A stretch of DNA of 63,991 nt, the filler included, from Trypethelium eluteriae (Eukaryota): the NCBI GenBank assembly GCA_051942245.1. It is 3 parts of 3 records of this genome, joined end to end, with 100 filler letters (N's around TTAATTAATTAA, not from the genome) between each part and the next. Parts side by side here need not be neighbours in the genome. Positions count along the whole stretch, not along the records: positions 47,098 to 63,991 come from JAVECL010000607.1; 2 more parts are not named here. The stretch is one strand, 5' to 3'. Under the pieces are notes generated by a model that saw only the letters and a list, made by a program, of their open reading frames with translations, was not told the DNA's origin and made no database searches. Each line of letters begins with the position of its first letter. Positions within the stretch are counted from its first letter, which is position 1. This document shows positions 47,573 to 61,614 of the stretch, one piece after another. The position numbers and the translations under genes were made by a program.

Positions 47573-48412
47573 TTTGAGGTTGTTCTTCGGCGACGCCGGC
47601 GACGTGAATCGAGAAAGTGCATGGAAAGTCGAGGTGCTGGTGGGGTGTGGGACAGCCAAAAAGCGGCAACGCGGGCGCGGGAATCGCGTTGGAATAATCA
47701 ATTTTCCTGTTGTGGTTTAGTCCCGAAATTATCATCAGCGTTTTAGACACTTCTTGCAGAAATCAATTCCATCTCAATTCAATTCCATCAAGGTTGAAGA
47801 CAGATCCTTACACTATCAACACGATCTTATTTACAGTCTTTCCTGAGCCGAACACAATCAAATCACTGCTGTCTACAAATGCAATCGCTTAGTACGACAC
47901 TCTCACAAATAACGGTTGATTTAGGACACAGCGATGTGTTTCTTGAATATGTAAGTGGTTGAATGTCATAGGATTCTACTTGACACCAATGTTGAGCCAG
48001 GCCCTACCGACCAAGTGGTCCTACTCTTCACATATGAACAGAAATGCACTTTGAGCTGAACCCGCCTGCGTTCCATCGTATGACCGAAACCGGCTAACTG
48101 ACCCCTCAAATCATCCGGAAATTCAACAATGCGAGCCGATCCCTGTATTTCAACGTAAACACCAGAAATGCAAACCCAAGGTTCCAGGTATCCTTAAGCC
48201 GTTCTACGCCGCGAGCCATGACTGAGAGAGAAACGGAGTGTATGTGACAGAGAATTGGTAGTGCCCAAGCCGGTATGGAAAAGGTCATGTAATGACCGTA
48301 ATAAGTACCACTGAAACTAAATGCTATCAAGTCGGGATGACGCTGGTGCGGGTCGAGGGAGGAAAAGAGCGACGACGAGGACAGCGAGAGGGAGGACGAA
48401 GCGCAGAACTAG

Positions 48413-50079
48413 TCATAAGACTGTGCAAGCACCATGGTTATACCTGCAAAAAATAAAAGGGTCAACATTAGCACTTTGTTTCAGAGAATGTAAGAAAAGG
48501 CAAAGAATACCATTAGGTTCAAGGTTAATGCGTACCATCTCTGCGATTCGATCCGCCGTATCCAGCTCGCCGTGATCTTCAGTCTTCCTCTCACACTTGT
48601 TGTGAGGAGTAGCTTATACTTCTCCTCCTCATCAATTGGTAGTATACTCGCAAACCAATACGGAAATGAAGCGGGATCGTCTGGAGGCCCGCCATAAGCA
48701 TCTAGTATCCTTTGGTGCAACCAAGGCGCAGAGTTTCGTTGCATCTTCAAGATGAATTCAATACCAATGAAGAGCAATTGTCGAGTGGATAGGTGGTCGA
48801 TCTGGGTTGCAGCATCAGCGTCCAGACTGATTGGAGCTGTAGTCTCTTCGGCCTCTAATCTCTCTTCCTCCGTGAGTGAAACGTCTTCGACGCGTTCGAC
48901 CCTCCCTACGGTATATCCGTCCCGCTGACCATGTTCTAGTACTTTGAAGCGAGAGATGCCACGAGTTTCGATAAGACTTCGCCCGTCTGGGAGCATCTGG
49001 ACACTCACGATGCGTAGCAAGGTTCCGTATTGCATGAACTGCGTGACTCCAAGATCCCCCTGAGGAGCGGCCAAGCGATTGTACATCATGATCCCAAATG
49101 TCCCGTTACCTTCCATGGCGCGCCGTATCATAAGACGGTACCTTGGCTCGAATACGTGTAAGAAAGTCGGCATAGAAGGGAACCCTAGAGTGACAATGAA
49201 AAGTGGAGTATCCAGTCCACCAGGTGGACCGAGTTCATCAAGCCGGACAGCCTCAGCACGTGCTTCGATGATATCTGGACAAAGTCTGTATAATAGGGTT
49301 GATAGAGTCTTGTTGCTAGGCTGACGAGCAAGCGAAGCTGGGATAAGCAATTGACGACGACACATTGGACAATGTTCGGCATGATCGAGGACTCGTACGA
49401 GACATTTACGGCAGAAGGTGTGGCCGCATGAGGTGGTGACTGGGTCAAGCAACAAGGCATAGCAGACCTGGCAGTCAACTTCCTTGTGTGCGCCCTCTCT
49501 CAACCGCTCGAGAAAAGCTTTGTCCAGTTCCTCATACGCATCTCCTGTAGGTGATAAAGACCGATAGGTAACTTCGGACAAATAGCCAAGTTCTCCAAGT
49601 TCCGCGAATGTGAATGTCGCCACAAGCCTTCCTCCATTCAGAGTCCTAGCATGCGCCGCTGCCGAGATTTTTTCGTCTTCCGGAATGTCACCCCATTGCA
49701 TCACCTCCTCCAGTGCTGTCGGTGTATTATCTGATGCTTCCCGACTTCGAGAAACCTCCATAGCAACACTTTCTAAAATCTTGTATAAAACGACATCCAC
49801 GCTGCAATCTGCTAATGGATGTTCTTCGCCACAACCCGGGAATGGACATTGGAAGCCATAATGTCGATCAGGAGCATTCGGATATGAGATGTTCTCGCGA
49901 AGGTGGGTTTGAGGTAAGCACTCGCGGCAGACTGAATTTCCGCATGGTAATGTGACGGGCGTCCGGAGGGGTCGAGAACACTGGGAACATTGCAAGAGGC
50001 GAACAAGTGCTCGAGCATCTTGATGTGCTGCTAAGCCACCTCGACTCCGAGCATGCGCAACATCTCCATTGTCACTCAT
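48413..50079 (-). CDS. crgA: RING finger plus LON N-terminal substrate-binding domain protein (LONRF/CrgA-like)
   Basis: Two RING motifs (CSQC...CGNSVCREC; CQVC...CGHTFCRKC...CPMC) and PTFLHVFEPRYRLMIRR; intron 48535-48444 and a terminal exon YNHGACTVL*. Confidence 0.9.
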
Positions 50080-52059
50080 GAAGGCTACTAGCGCGACGGC
50101 CAGACTGAAGGATTTCCCTTCACCAATTGTGAAAAGAATCCTTGGGAATTCCAGCCGACCATCCGGCTGTCCTATACCAACGAATCCCGACTGACCAAAC
50201 CCATGAGCGTTTCTATCAGCAGTGGTGCAGCGTGGAAAGACACCCGTACAATTTGGCCGATGTAGTACAACGCTGGGACAAGAGGAAAATAATGTAAGAA
50301 AATAAAGACTGGGATGAGGGAATTAGAGAATGGTAATCGTGACAACCCTGTGGATCTTTTGAAGAGCCCGTCGTATGACGAAGACTCTACCCAAAGTTGA
50401 ATGAATGCTGACAGCGGCTTGCGAGAGGCGTGAGGGTTTCGAACAAAATTTAGCACGTGTGCTGATACAACTGAAGTCGCAAACCCAGCAAGCGGGCCAG
50501 AAGGTGACGAGCAAGGGCAATCCGAATGAGCCAAGCAGAGGAGAATGATAGAATTCAGGTCCTACGGAGTTCGAAGCATGGGAGGAGAAAATCACGCTGG
50601 CGGAGTAGAGAGTTGCAGACAAAAACCGACGAGCGTCGAGTGCAGGGGTCATCAGCGGCGAGACGTTGAAGTCATCGACGACACGACTCGCACCGAATTT
50701 GGCTCGTCCATCTGGCCGTGCTCGCTCACAGGCAGGGCTGACCACAAGCGTGGACGGCGAGGTCCTGGCACTCCTGGGTACGTACTTCCGTACCGCTTCC
50801 CAATCAACGCACCCGCCGCGCTGGCTCGCAGGGCGAGGAGCGAGGTGGAGATGGGCCCGCCGATTCGCGAGACAGCCGACGCTCATCATCCTGAGTTGCC
50901 AGAACGGGCCATCCCTGATGGGACCTGATACGAACGAGAATCCCTCGATGCCCTCATGCACATGGAAGAACGTGTGATCGGGGGAGGGTCGTTGCTTTCT
51001 CCAACCCTGATCGCCGATCCAAAGGGCATCCTGGTGCGGGCGAGCAGCTGCGACTCGTCCACGCACCGCGGCTTCCAGACCCAGAACATGGTACTGGGGC
51101 GTGCCTAAGTGTCATCAACAAGCATCCTTCGCTTTCTTCCGGATGACATGTACTGTTATCTGATCAAAGTTTTCCCTCGCAAGGGACGCCGTGGGGGGAA
51201 GGCACTGGGACGAGTCCGTGGTGGGGAGTTGCGAGCGCCATTTTGGGACCATTACTGACGTCATGCATCCTGTAGGGTTGCTGTAGCCTCCTAATTTGGT
51301 GCCGACCTTCTAGAACGTGGGGATCGCCCTCTCCCAGGCATTGGTGGAGCCAGTTTTAATGGTCATGCACTCCGCGAAGGAGCTGGGTGGCTTTTGATGG
51401 CCTTGGGGGGCTCCGGTGCTCTCTAGTGCTGAGCTGGAGTAATCACGGAACTTTACGGTGGGTGCGGTGGGCGTTCACGGCAGTGTGCGGTGGTGCGTTG
51501 CCTGTTTGTGCTGGTGGTGACTCTCTTCCCTCTTCTTTGCTCTATGTCGTACATCATCCGTGCTGAGAAGGCGTCATCGATGCTCTTTTTGCACATCGAC
51601 CATGTCCACGGAGTCCGTGTCTGTGCCACATGGGTTCAACGAAATTGGTGTCGACTTTTCCATTGCGCTTGTATTGAAATGGTCATGGTATATGTTCTTG
51701 TGAGACAAGTCCACCAACCCTACCATCGGCACAAGAGCCATCATGACTTGCATAAGCCTCACTCGACCCATCCAGCCCATCCAGCCTAAGTTATTGAGCA
51801 AGGCCGAGCCACGCCCCATTGTACCTTTCCCAATGATCCATGTACAATTAACCGAGCCTTCACGAGTCCCGAACCCTGTAGCGCCGACAAATACCCAACC
51901 CACGTTGCTTATACTCAAAAATAACGCCATTTAAGCAAAGTGAACTATATTTTACATTAGAATGGGAAGAATTAGGTGGAGTTGACCCTGAATAGATTCG
52001 CCATGGATCTACAGGGTCTCCCCTCCGAGAAATGATCTGACTCAGGTCTAGCCTGAGAT

Positions 52060-55000
52060 CTACTCAGGATTGGTTTCGGAATCAGACTCGTCAGAGCTAT
52101 CATCTTCTTCCTCTTCCAGCACGATTTGCCGCATTACTTTCTTGTCGAATAGATCGATGACGAAGCGGCATGCACCCAGTCGGTAGTGTTGTGATTCAAG
52201 TATAGCCATGACCTTATGGAACAGGGCAGGCTTTTGGAAGCCCCGTGGGTTCTTGGCTTTGATCCTACCTAGCTTTAGTGGAGAATTTTAACAGGATTCT
52301 TATGTGGACGTACGCATTGAGATCAGCAGCTGCCCTTTTTGTCAGCACAGTATTAGCAAGATCCTTAATGAGTTCCAAAATTCGAGCATTCGTGTCATCT
52401 GAATCTGCAACCGATGTGATCGTCTGTACTTTCGACAATGTTGGTCGTGTATCGCTGAAAGAACCAGTCCAAGGTTTGATCTGGAGAATAATGAGACATC
52501 TTTCACGTCTGCCAAAAAAAATGTAACATACCGTAAAAAGCTTTTGAAAATCGAGCGGAAAGCAAAATCCTAGGCATTCACCCACTGCATTGATCGTCCC
52601 ATCCCATTTATATTCTGCCAAAATCTCTTGGCCATGCAGACTACGGGAGATAAGGCCCAGCACGAAGAATGCCGTTCCTCTCATCGTCATGACCTCTGAT
52701 TCTTCGGCAATCTGGACAATCCACTTAACGACGTCGCTCTTCTCCAGGAACGAGGCTCCAAGGGCCATGGAACCCACGTTTCCAACGGCCCAAAGACAGC
52801 CCTTAACTTTGAGAATGATCTCCGGATCTTCGTCTTCCATGCCGAGATCCGCTATTGTCACTACAAATTCATCAAAATGTCCTTTTCGCTCCAACAGTTT
52901 GCAGCCTTCAGCCGTCCGAGTCAGTTCACGGTAAAAATGTGGTGGTACTGTTCCGTATTCCATTGGTTCTGGGGCTTCATCCTGCATCTGCTGCGGTCTC
53001 TCAGGAATGTCTGCCAATGCCCGAGCCAACGACGCCTCAACAACAGCGACGTAGCTGTCATTCCGACCTAGAAACCAGTCATCCATTTCTCTGGTGATAT
53101 AGTCCAAACCATCTAGGTAGTGGTAGCCCGTAGAAGTAGATAAGAATCGAAGTAACAGTGGCGCCCCAATCTCGCCAAGGTGGTCAAGGGCTGGTCGACA
53201 TTTCACGACGTATTCCAGCGACCGTTTGTTGTTGCAGGCCTCCTCAAGAATCTTGACCGCTACCTCGCAAACCTCGATCTCTGGATCATAAAGCTGGGTG
53301 ACAAGCAAGCGAATGGCCCACTTGGCAGTTCCAGCACTCGAGTCTGCACCCGACGTAGGGGATATCTCAGATGTTGCGTATTTGCGCAATTGTCTTGTAG
53401 CGAATATTCGGATTCGCTTGGAACAAGCCGTCATGGCTTTCGAAAGAATGATGCGAGGGTGGTTATCCAGACTGAAGTCAAGGTTGCTTAACATAATTCG
53501 GACCAGATCGTCACGGCCAGGTAGTTCAATGATGTGATAGAACATGTTGATAATCTTCCACCTCCCCAGCATCTGCAGGCCTTGTGAGCTGCTACACATG
53601 ACACCGAGTATTGTAAAGTATCCTCCAACAAGCGAATCAGAGAGGCGTTCTGGAGAGAAAAGAGGCGAACTCGATGTAATCCCGCTCATTCTATCAAGCT
53701 GTGCTAGACACTCTGCAAGCTGCCTGAGCAGTTTCTCCTCTGCAAGATACTTGGTACCTTCAGAAGTCTGCAACAGAGCTCGCATGAGTGAGCATGCAGC
53801 TCTCACGTATCTTTGGTTCGGTTTCGTATTCTTTACTTCCGAGAAGCGATACTTGAAAGGTCGGAGAAAGCTGAGTAACCGATGGACAAATTTCGTGACC
53901 TTGATTGCCTCTTCTTGCCTCTTGGCATTCAACATCGGGCCATCAAGGATGCTCTGAATCAGATCCCACTTCCACTTCGTATAATTGACAGTGTTGAGTA
54001 CCTGTGTTTCATACATGAGAGTTCGAAACTGGCCCTCATCGACTTGACTAATGGCTTGGGCTTTGGCAGCCTCTGATTGTCGCATGCCTGCCGCGGTCTC
54101 AGATAACATTTGGTGTTTGTTGCCTTGAGCAGCAGCGTTGGGGCCAGACCGATATAATGTTCGATTGACACTGTCAACTTGGTAAATTGTGCCAGTTGCG
54201 ACAAAGCGAGTATCCTGCCCGAATCTTGAGGCGGAATGAAACAATTCTGGAAGAACCTGTAGACTGGCGCTCCAATTGCTTGGGAGCAGTTGATTGGACA
54301 ACTTCAATACCTCGCCTAGGAGCAGAGTCGTTTTTCGTTTCAGAGAGAGATCTGGAGCATCCTCTTCTGCATGTAGAAGAGCTCGAAGCAAGCCTGCATG
54401 AAGTAAGACAGCCAGAACCACAGCAGTAAAATGATCGAGCAAGCTCATGCGACTGTTCTCGTCCTCGACATCGGCCGATGGTGATTTGGTAATCACTTTA
54501 GTCTTCAGATTCGTGACCCGTCCGTAAGTAGTAAGCCGTCGACCGGCGAGGAAAGAGGATGACCATGAGGGAGGTTTGATCCTTAATACGTCGAAGAACA
54601 GTTCCAGTAGTATGTTTCGCATCTCTGGTGTAGGAATGCAGAGAGCGGAGACGATTGACCTGATCGCGAGGAAATTGTTCAGAGAAAGAGTCATAAGGCC
54701 AGTCCAATTTTTCAGCAAAATTGCGATTACTTTGGCATCCTCTTTCAGTTTTTCCTCATTCGCTGGTATCAGGGACGAACTAGTAAATGCTGCGAACGGT
54801 ACCCCGAGCTCATAACCCGAACGCAAGAGCTTGCGGCGGCTGGGAATATCAAGAAGGTACAGAAAGGCACTGGATAAGCTCTCGGAAGCTTGATAGCTCC
54901 CATCCCCGAGGGCATCCGTAAGTGCCCCCAACCCGCCGGCAGATACTAGGAGAGGTGGATTTCGAATGAGAATCTCTGCTAGCGTGAGAATGCATATACT

Positions 55001-56056
55001 TCTGAGGCGATCCTCCGTGTGCTCTGCCATTGCAACAATGGTCCTAACGACCGGTCGAGATATCTCCTTGACGCCGTCCTTGACGTCTAAAAAAGAGCGA
55101 ACGAACTTCAATGCCTGCTCGCGCTCAATGCTGGCTTTGCTTTCTTTTACCAGGGACACAATGACTAGGTAGTCCGTATGCAGTGCTCTGATGGTTTGGA
55201 GAGATTTGCGATCTGTGACCGCATATCTGAGAAGTCGATATCCAGCAGCGACCACCTCTCTGCTATCGCTCAATAACATTGCTTGTATTCTAAGACCGAA
55301 TATTGACCAGGCCAAGTCGTATTTCAAGGTCGGATGTCTTTTGAACAATTCGACAAGCGCATTAGCCCTCTCGACATAAAAGTCGTGTGGCATGTTTTCC
55401 GCTTCGAGTGCCTGAAAGAGTTCTGACAGTACGAATGAGGGAGATTCGGCTTCTTGTTCCTCGACTTCCTCCTCTTCCTTGTAGGCAACGGGACGCGACG
55501 GTGATCGTAGGGGTGCATTGTGAAAGAGGTATGAGAGTCTGCTCCCCGGACTGCTTGGTTGGTCTTTGGCTCGTTGCACCTCTGCCTCAAGGTCTGATTT
55601 GAGCTGTGCAATTTTGCGGTTGGACGATTTCAGCTCTGACTCTACGCGGAATCGCTGATCTTTTGTCTGTTTTGCATTTTTGGTATTGAGTGCTTCCAGC
55701 AGATTCTCCGAGCCAATTTTGATCTTCGTCTCTTTATCGATACGACTCCGAAACTCTGCCTGCCTCTGCTCCGAGGTAAGACTCTCGTCTGCCGCACCGT
55801 CTGTATAATATGTATATCCACCAAGGCCTGCTGGGGTGTCTGCTCTCGAGATGGTAGATCTGAGGTCGGAATTGAAGCTACCAGGTGGAGCGGCGGAGTT
55901 GTAAGAAAGGCCTTTGGGTAGATTCGTGGATGACATTGAACGAACATCTTTACTTCGAGAGGGCGGTTGTAGGGCGTTATTCTCGACCAACGGGCCTTCA
56001 AATTGACTTGTCATTGAGCGCGGTGTAGCGACAGTAGTTTGCGTCAGCGGGGTCAT
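52060..56056 (-). CDS. RICTOR: TORC2 subunit Rictor (Avo3/Tsc11/Ste20)
   Basis: N-terminal HR1-like segment (KETKIKIGSENLLEAL), EREQALKFVR, FLAGRRLTTYG, PPHFYRELTRT, KGCLWAVGNVGS; two 3' introns. Confidence 0.95.
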
Positions 56057-56308
56057 AGAAATCCATCCACCCCTCCGACACCCTTACGCTGCTACCTGGG
56101 AAGTTGGCGTGCATTGATGGGGATCATTGGGGCCAAATGGTGGTAAGTGTTGAAAGGCTAGACGAGATTCGCCTCGACTACCGTTGGATCTCCGTTAGTT
56201 ATGGTCGTAAATCGACTTTGATGAATCTGAACACAGCCCTTCGAGGCAGAGGTCTCCTTTGTGGTTGCAGTGTGGTTCGTAAGGTGTTTCGCAGTGGGTG
56301 AAGTGCAG

Positions 56309-56878
56309 CGATAAGTTGAGAACAGGGTCCAAACTTGTGTAGCTAGGTATACCTCAGGTACCTAGGTAGTAGGCAGGGTAGATTACTCAATGAGGCGTGG
56401 AGCGGGCATGTAGCCTCGAACTTCTTCCCGCACGCACTTCTCCGGTCCGGGGTCTCAGCAGATAGCGACAAAGCACTTGACAATAGATGTTAGAAATGCA
56501 AATTACATGTCCACGGAGACAGGTAGTCTGGATAAGCATTTAAGATTGGCTGCACAGCAGATCAAGCCCCAGTCACCATCCACCTGATCTGCGGAGCAGG
56601 AAATAATGATATGCAGATAACCTTGCGTCACGCGTCTGTCTGAACACTGCAGAATTACTTTTTTCAGAGTACGGTGAAAAGTGGGTCGGGGGGTTCAGCC
56701 CGCAATACGATTGCTTTAACTTAAAGGAGACGGGTAGAATGGGATGAAAGGCCGGAGCTGACCGATGATGAATCTGCAACTCTACGCAGTCAAAGCAAAT
56801 TCGAATGGCACCAATTTTCTCTGCTCTCACCCCCGGCCGATTCCGCATTAGGCATGCTGCTTTGATAAGAACCGATAG
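56309..56878 (+). promoter_or_regulatory. Uricase promoter: clustered GATA sites plus a CGG-N6-CCG site
   Basis: CGATAA 56309, AGATAG 56460, GATAA 56531, AGATAA 56615, TGATAA 56863, CGATAG 56873; CCGG-agctga-CCGA at 56752-56765. Confidence 0.6.
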
Positions 56879-57032
56879 CTCTGCATAAATAAAGCCTCCT
56901 CCTCTCCTTGTGACCTCTGACCCCTTGATACCTTACGAACAGCGTGACCCGTGGATTGCACTTGGCTTTGACAGTACAAGACCCTTCTTCACACCAACTG
57001 AACACCAAGATCCTGAACAGCATTGTCGGAGA

Positions 57033-58042
57033 ATGTCTCAGCTGACTCACGCTCGCTATGGCAAGGATAACATCCGCTTGTATAAGGTCCACAGAGATGC
57101 GGCAACAGGAACGCAGTCTGTGACGGAGATGACCATCTGTACTCTTCTCGAAGGTGACATCGAGACCTCGTAAGACTACATAAGATTCTGGGAGCTATCC
57201 GTAGACTAATGATGTCTAGGTATACCGAAGCCGATAACTCTGTAGTGGTAGCGACGGACACTCAAAAACAGACTTGCTACATTCTCGCCAAACAGAATCC
57301 CGTCACACCACCCGAGCTATTCGCCGCAATAATTGGCAACCATTTTGTTGAGACGTATAAGCACATCCATAAAGCCCACGTCCGCATCGTCACTCACAGA
57401 TGGACACGTTTGACCGTTGACGGGAAGCCGCACCCCCACTCATTCTTCCGTGACGGGGAGGAAATCCGCGTCGTGGAGGCTGTCGCCCGTGAAGGAGACG
57501 GCATCTCGATCCACTCGGGCATTGACAAGCTCCTCGTCCTGAAAAGCACGGGATCTGCCTTTCACGGTTTCAACCGTGACGAGTACACGCAACTGCCCGA
57601 GACCTGGGACCGAATCTTAAGCACTGAGGTCGAATGCGGATGGCAATGGAAGACGTTTGCCAGACTGCAAGAAGTGCAGGCCGTCGGTTCGAGGTTCGAT
57701 GAAGCATGGGAAGCCGCACGCCAGATTACGCTGGATACATTTGCCAAGGACAGCAGCCCAAGCGTGCAGAATACCATGTACAAGATGTGCGACCAGATTT
57801 TAGCGGCTGCCCCTTTGGTTGAATCAGCTAGTTACTCATTACCTAATAAGCATTACTTTGAGATTGGTACGCAAGTCTTTCCTGATGTTCGATTTTTGTT
57901 TGCTGACCACGCATCTCTAGATCTAAGCTGGCATAAAGGACTGAAGAATACCGGCAAAGACGCTGAAGTCTATGCCCCGCAGTCGAACCCTAATGGACTT
58001 ATCCAGTGCACGGTGACGCGTAAGGGAAAGTCAAAACTGTAG
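57033..58042 (+). CDS. uaZ: Urate oxidase (uricase), peroxisomal
   Basis: ARYGKDNIR, YTEADNSVVVATDTQK, VLKSTGSAF, SPSVQNTMY, LPNKHYFEI; C-terminal PTS1 SKL; two introns. Confidence 0.97.
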
Positions 58043-58205
58043 GATTTCGTGATAGAACTGTAGCAATGAGGTGCAAAGGAGTTCAAGGTTCAGTGACGTT
58101 CCTGATTCTTTTATCTTATTGTACATGCCGTCAAAATATATCCTCACTGTACAGATGGACTGGGTAATCTCCAAGCGCCTAACGATGCAATCTAAGCTCA
58201 CATCT

Positions 58206-58809
58206 CTATGACCGAGAAATCGATAGTCCTATTTTCGTCTCTGATAATTCTGCTGTACTGGAGTCGTGCCGTGATTGAATGATGTTCTGTTTATAGGGAT
58301 GAGCGACTCCCTCAAACGCTGTATCGCAGCCTGTTAGTATTGCGATCTAGACGAGTCCCCGGATTCAACCCTCACCTTTTAGTCGCGCAAGCCTAGGAGC
58401 CCTCAGCCGATTCTTGGGCAGCATGCCGCTGACAGCTCTTTTCAATACCTCTGCACCTCCCCATTTATCAATCATTCTGTCCATCGTCAAGGACTTTAAA
58501 CTGCCAGGTCGTGTGGTATGATGATAGTATTGCTTTTGAAATCGTTTTTTGCCTGTCGTGTGGAGCTCGCGACAGCCAACAGCGATGACATAGTCTCCGC
58601 AATCCGTCGAGGGATCCCAGATGGGTTTGTTCTTGCCCATGAGTGTCAGGGCGATTTTGGAAGCTATTCGTCCTAATGGACGTGGATCAGACCCAACATC
58701 TACGAGATGCCAGGCCCGGCTATAAGCTAGCCTAGTCTGCGATAGGATGAGCTGAGCTGTCTTGAATGAAGATTTACAAGATGACTACCTTTCCAATCGT
58801 TTGCGACAT
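58206..58809 (-). CDS. MRPL23: Mitochondrial ribosomal protein uL13m
   Basis: MSQTIGK|TRLAYSRAWHLVDV...LMGKNKPIWDPSTDCGDYV...AVSGMLPKNRLR..RL.RLK|AFEG.AHPY; two introns. Confidence 0.93.
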
Positions 58810-59217
58810 GGCAGAGGGGGAAATTCACAGGGAGAAAATAGTCGATGGCAGCCGCTGGTGGCGCTGAGAATGGTCTTGATAACAGTTGAGAGCTTCCTCA
58901 AGCTCTCGACAACATTTCTGACAAGCTTCAAGCACTTCTTCCTTCTAAGGACGGCCAAGAGAAGGCGACCGCAAGACTGTAGAGTGGTTCGACGCACACG
59001 GCACCCTAGGTTGATGGGTTTCTCGCGTTGTCCGCGGAGCTCGGAAGCAGCCGAACGATGATTTCCAATCCGCCGCCTCGGCACCAGGGTGGGACTGGAC
59101 TCATGCCACCTACCTCCAACTGCGTGCTTCAAGATGTAGAAAATAAAGTCCAGTCCTTGGTGGTCACTCTTCTCCGAATTCATACTCCGACCTATCCAAG
59201 TACTGCTACTCCCTGCA

Positions 59218-60114
59218 ATGATACGTCCGTTTGAGGTTTGCAAGCTTACCATTTCCTATCATTATCTCATTGTCTGCTGACGCGAATGCAAGACGACATT
59301 CGCAGTACCTCTGAGTTGCGAGGCCTGCATTAAGGATGTCTCTACATCCTTGTTCAAGCTCGAGGGTAGAAGTCTCTACCTTGCTCTGCAAAATTAAATG
59401 GCTTACAGGTTAAAGGCATTAACAAAGTCACTCCAAATCTAAAAGATCAGCTGATCTCTGTTGAAGGCACAGCCGCCCCCTCTTCAATCGTTAAGGCGAT
59501 AGAAGCAACAGGTCGGGATGCAATTTTACGAGGCAGTGGTGCTTCAGACAGTCAGGCTTCCCCTGCCCGCAGCGCCTTGGTCACATCGAATGCTAAGGTC
59601 TACATTAGACGCTGCCGTCTGTATCTTAGAGACGCATTCTACAGCAGTCCCGAACAAAGTCCGAGGACTCGTTCGCATGGTACAAGTCTCTCCTGCGATG
59701 ACACTCATCGATCTTACTATTCGAGGGTTGTCTCCAGGTAGCTATCATGCCACTGTCAGAGAGACAGGTGATATCTCTCGAGGGGCGGCCTCGACCGGCG
59801 GGATATGGGAAGCTCTAAAACCCAAGCAAGGAACACCACCAGCACGAGGTGTGTTTGGGACTGTCGAAATTAGCAAGGGCGGCGTGGGGGCAATCTTTAC
59901 CGACAAGCCAATCCAGATTTGGGAGATGATTGGAAGGAGCATTGTCGTGTCCAAGAGTCAAGATGACAGGTTTGAAAAGGAAGACCCAGATACGTTGGTT
60001 GGTGTGATAGCGAGGAGTGCAGGGGTCTGGGACAACGACAAAACTATTTGTTCGTGCTCAGGTAAAACGGTCTGGGAGGAACGGAAGGAGCAGGTCGAGA
60101 GGGGGATGATATAG
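59218..60114 (+). CDS. CCS1: Copper chaperone for Cu/Zn superoxide dismutase
   Basis: HMA domain [13 protein letters not shown]-like middle domain, [28 protein letters not shown] (CxC); three introns. Confidence 0.95.
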
Positions 60115-61614
60115 ATTTTTGTGGGATGCATCGTAGACAAGGCCTTCAGCTCGGTTACAATTGTCACGGAGACATCGCCATGGACAAGTCTAGCAAGGGA
60201 ATCGCGAACGTGATTAGGCTCTGATTTTGATACTCTGTCGGGCTTCAGCATGGCTTAAAAGCTGCCAACATGAGCGGTTTCATAGATCTGGAGATAGAAG
60301 CGAACTGTGCCAAGTGTCGAAGGGCTGGGTTTCATCCTAGTGGAATAGTCAAGTCGTCTGCTCGCGTACAAGTGCCCTTCGAGGTCTTTTAACAGCACAC
60401 TTGGCAATAATTCGGAGCTCGGCGCACTCAAGAATCCCCATGTTTCAGCAAGAGCCGCAATCGTCGGCCGAAGACGTCAGAGTAAGATTAGATATATGCT
60501 AAGAAAGGCCCGTGACGAAGGTGTTGCAGACCTCAAACCGTACATGGGTGAGCTCACTGTCGGGGAGTCGGATTAGGTAATGAAGCCGACGAGTAGCCCC
60601 TGCACATCTTGCATCTCGAGTCTTCTCCGTGGCATTGGCAACTTGATGGATTGAAAGCAGGACGATTTCGTACAGACGAAAGTTAGAAGTCGTACAAGAA
60701 AATGGTCGATGTCTTTCCGATGCGCACCTCCACCCGATTGGCCTTGGATAAAAGATGCAGGTCCAAGCTAGGATGCTAGCAGGGGCAGTCCACTGGAGAG
60801 AGGAAGCGCCGGGCAGGGCAAGCGAGCACAACACACTGTGTCGTCAGCCAATCCAGTGCAGATCCACCACGCTGACACGCGTAGCCAGCGATTGAGACTT
60901 GAAGCACCGCACCGAAGCCGGCTTGGCCCAAAGACCAGACACGTCCAGAATGGGTCAAACAAGGCCCGCTTCATGCATTGAAGATCCTGGTGGCGCTCAT
61001 CTCGCGCTCATGGAGTCTATCGTTGCTATTTCGGCCTTTCCCGCTGCACCCCATCTGTCCCATCTGTTGGTCGTCCAAGTCTTAACTTAACCTTGACATC
61101 CGCCAAGTGCACTCGGGGCCCTGGTGGTCGAGGTACATTGTCGAATACGCGCTGGCCCTATTCGTGTGACCTGCCGTTTCTTTTACAAGACGACAAGCCG
61201 AGCCTGATCCCGTATAATCCGCCCTCGTGGCTTCCACTCTTTGATTTTCCTTTTCTCTGCACTATCGCCGGTCTAATCGTCCACCTGGTCCGCCTCTTCG
61301 ATCCCGTCGCTGCCGTCCAAATCACAACCCACTAGCAGAGTCCGCCAGTCCGTCCTATCCGTTCCTTCGGCTGGAACTTCACATCCCCCTCCCTGGAAAG
61401 CCCTGGCGGTTCACTCAAAAGCGTCTTCGAGTCCAGCGATACTACAGTCACACCCATTACCTACAGAAGTTAGCGAAAACACAAGCCACCGCTTCCACAG
61501 GCCTGATATCTCCGCAATCCTCCACCACCATCTCGATCTGCACAGGGGCGTGGATCTCCGCACGTAGGTGTGCGGCACAGGAACGCCTAGTCCAGGTGTG
61601 CGATAAATCTCGCA

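Noticed and set aside
50172..51089. ORFs of 100-250 aa upstream of the LON/RING gene
   Set aside because: No domain signature; most likely GC-rich 5' UTR or promoter, although a 5' exon cannot be excluded.
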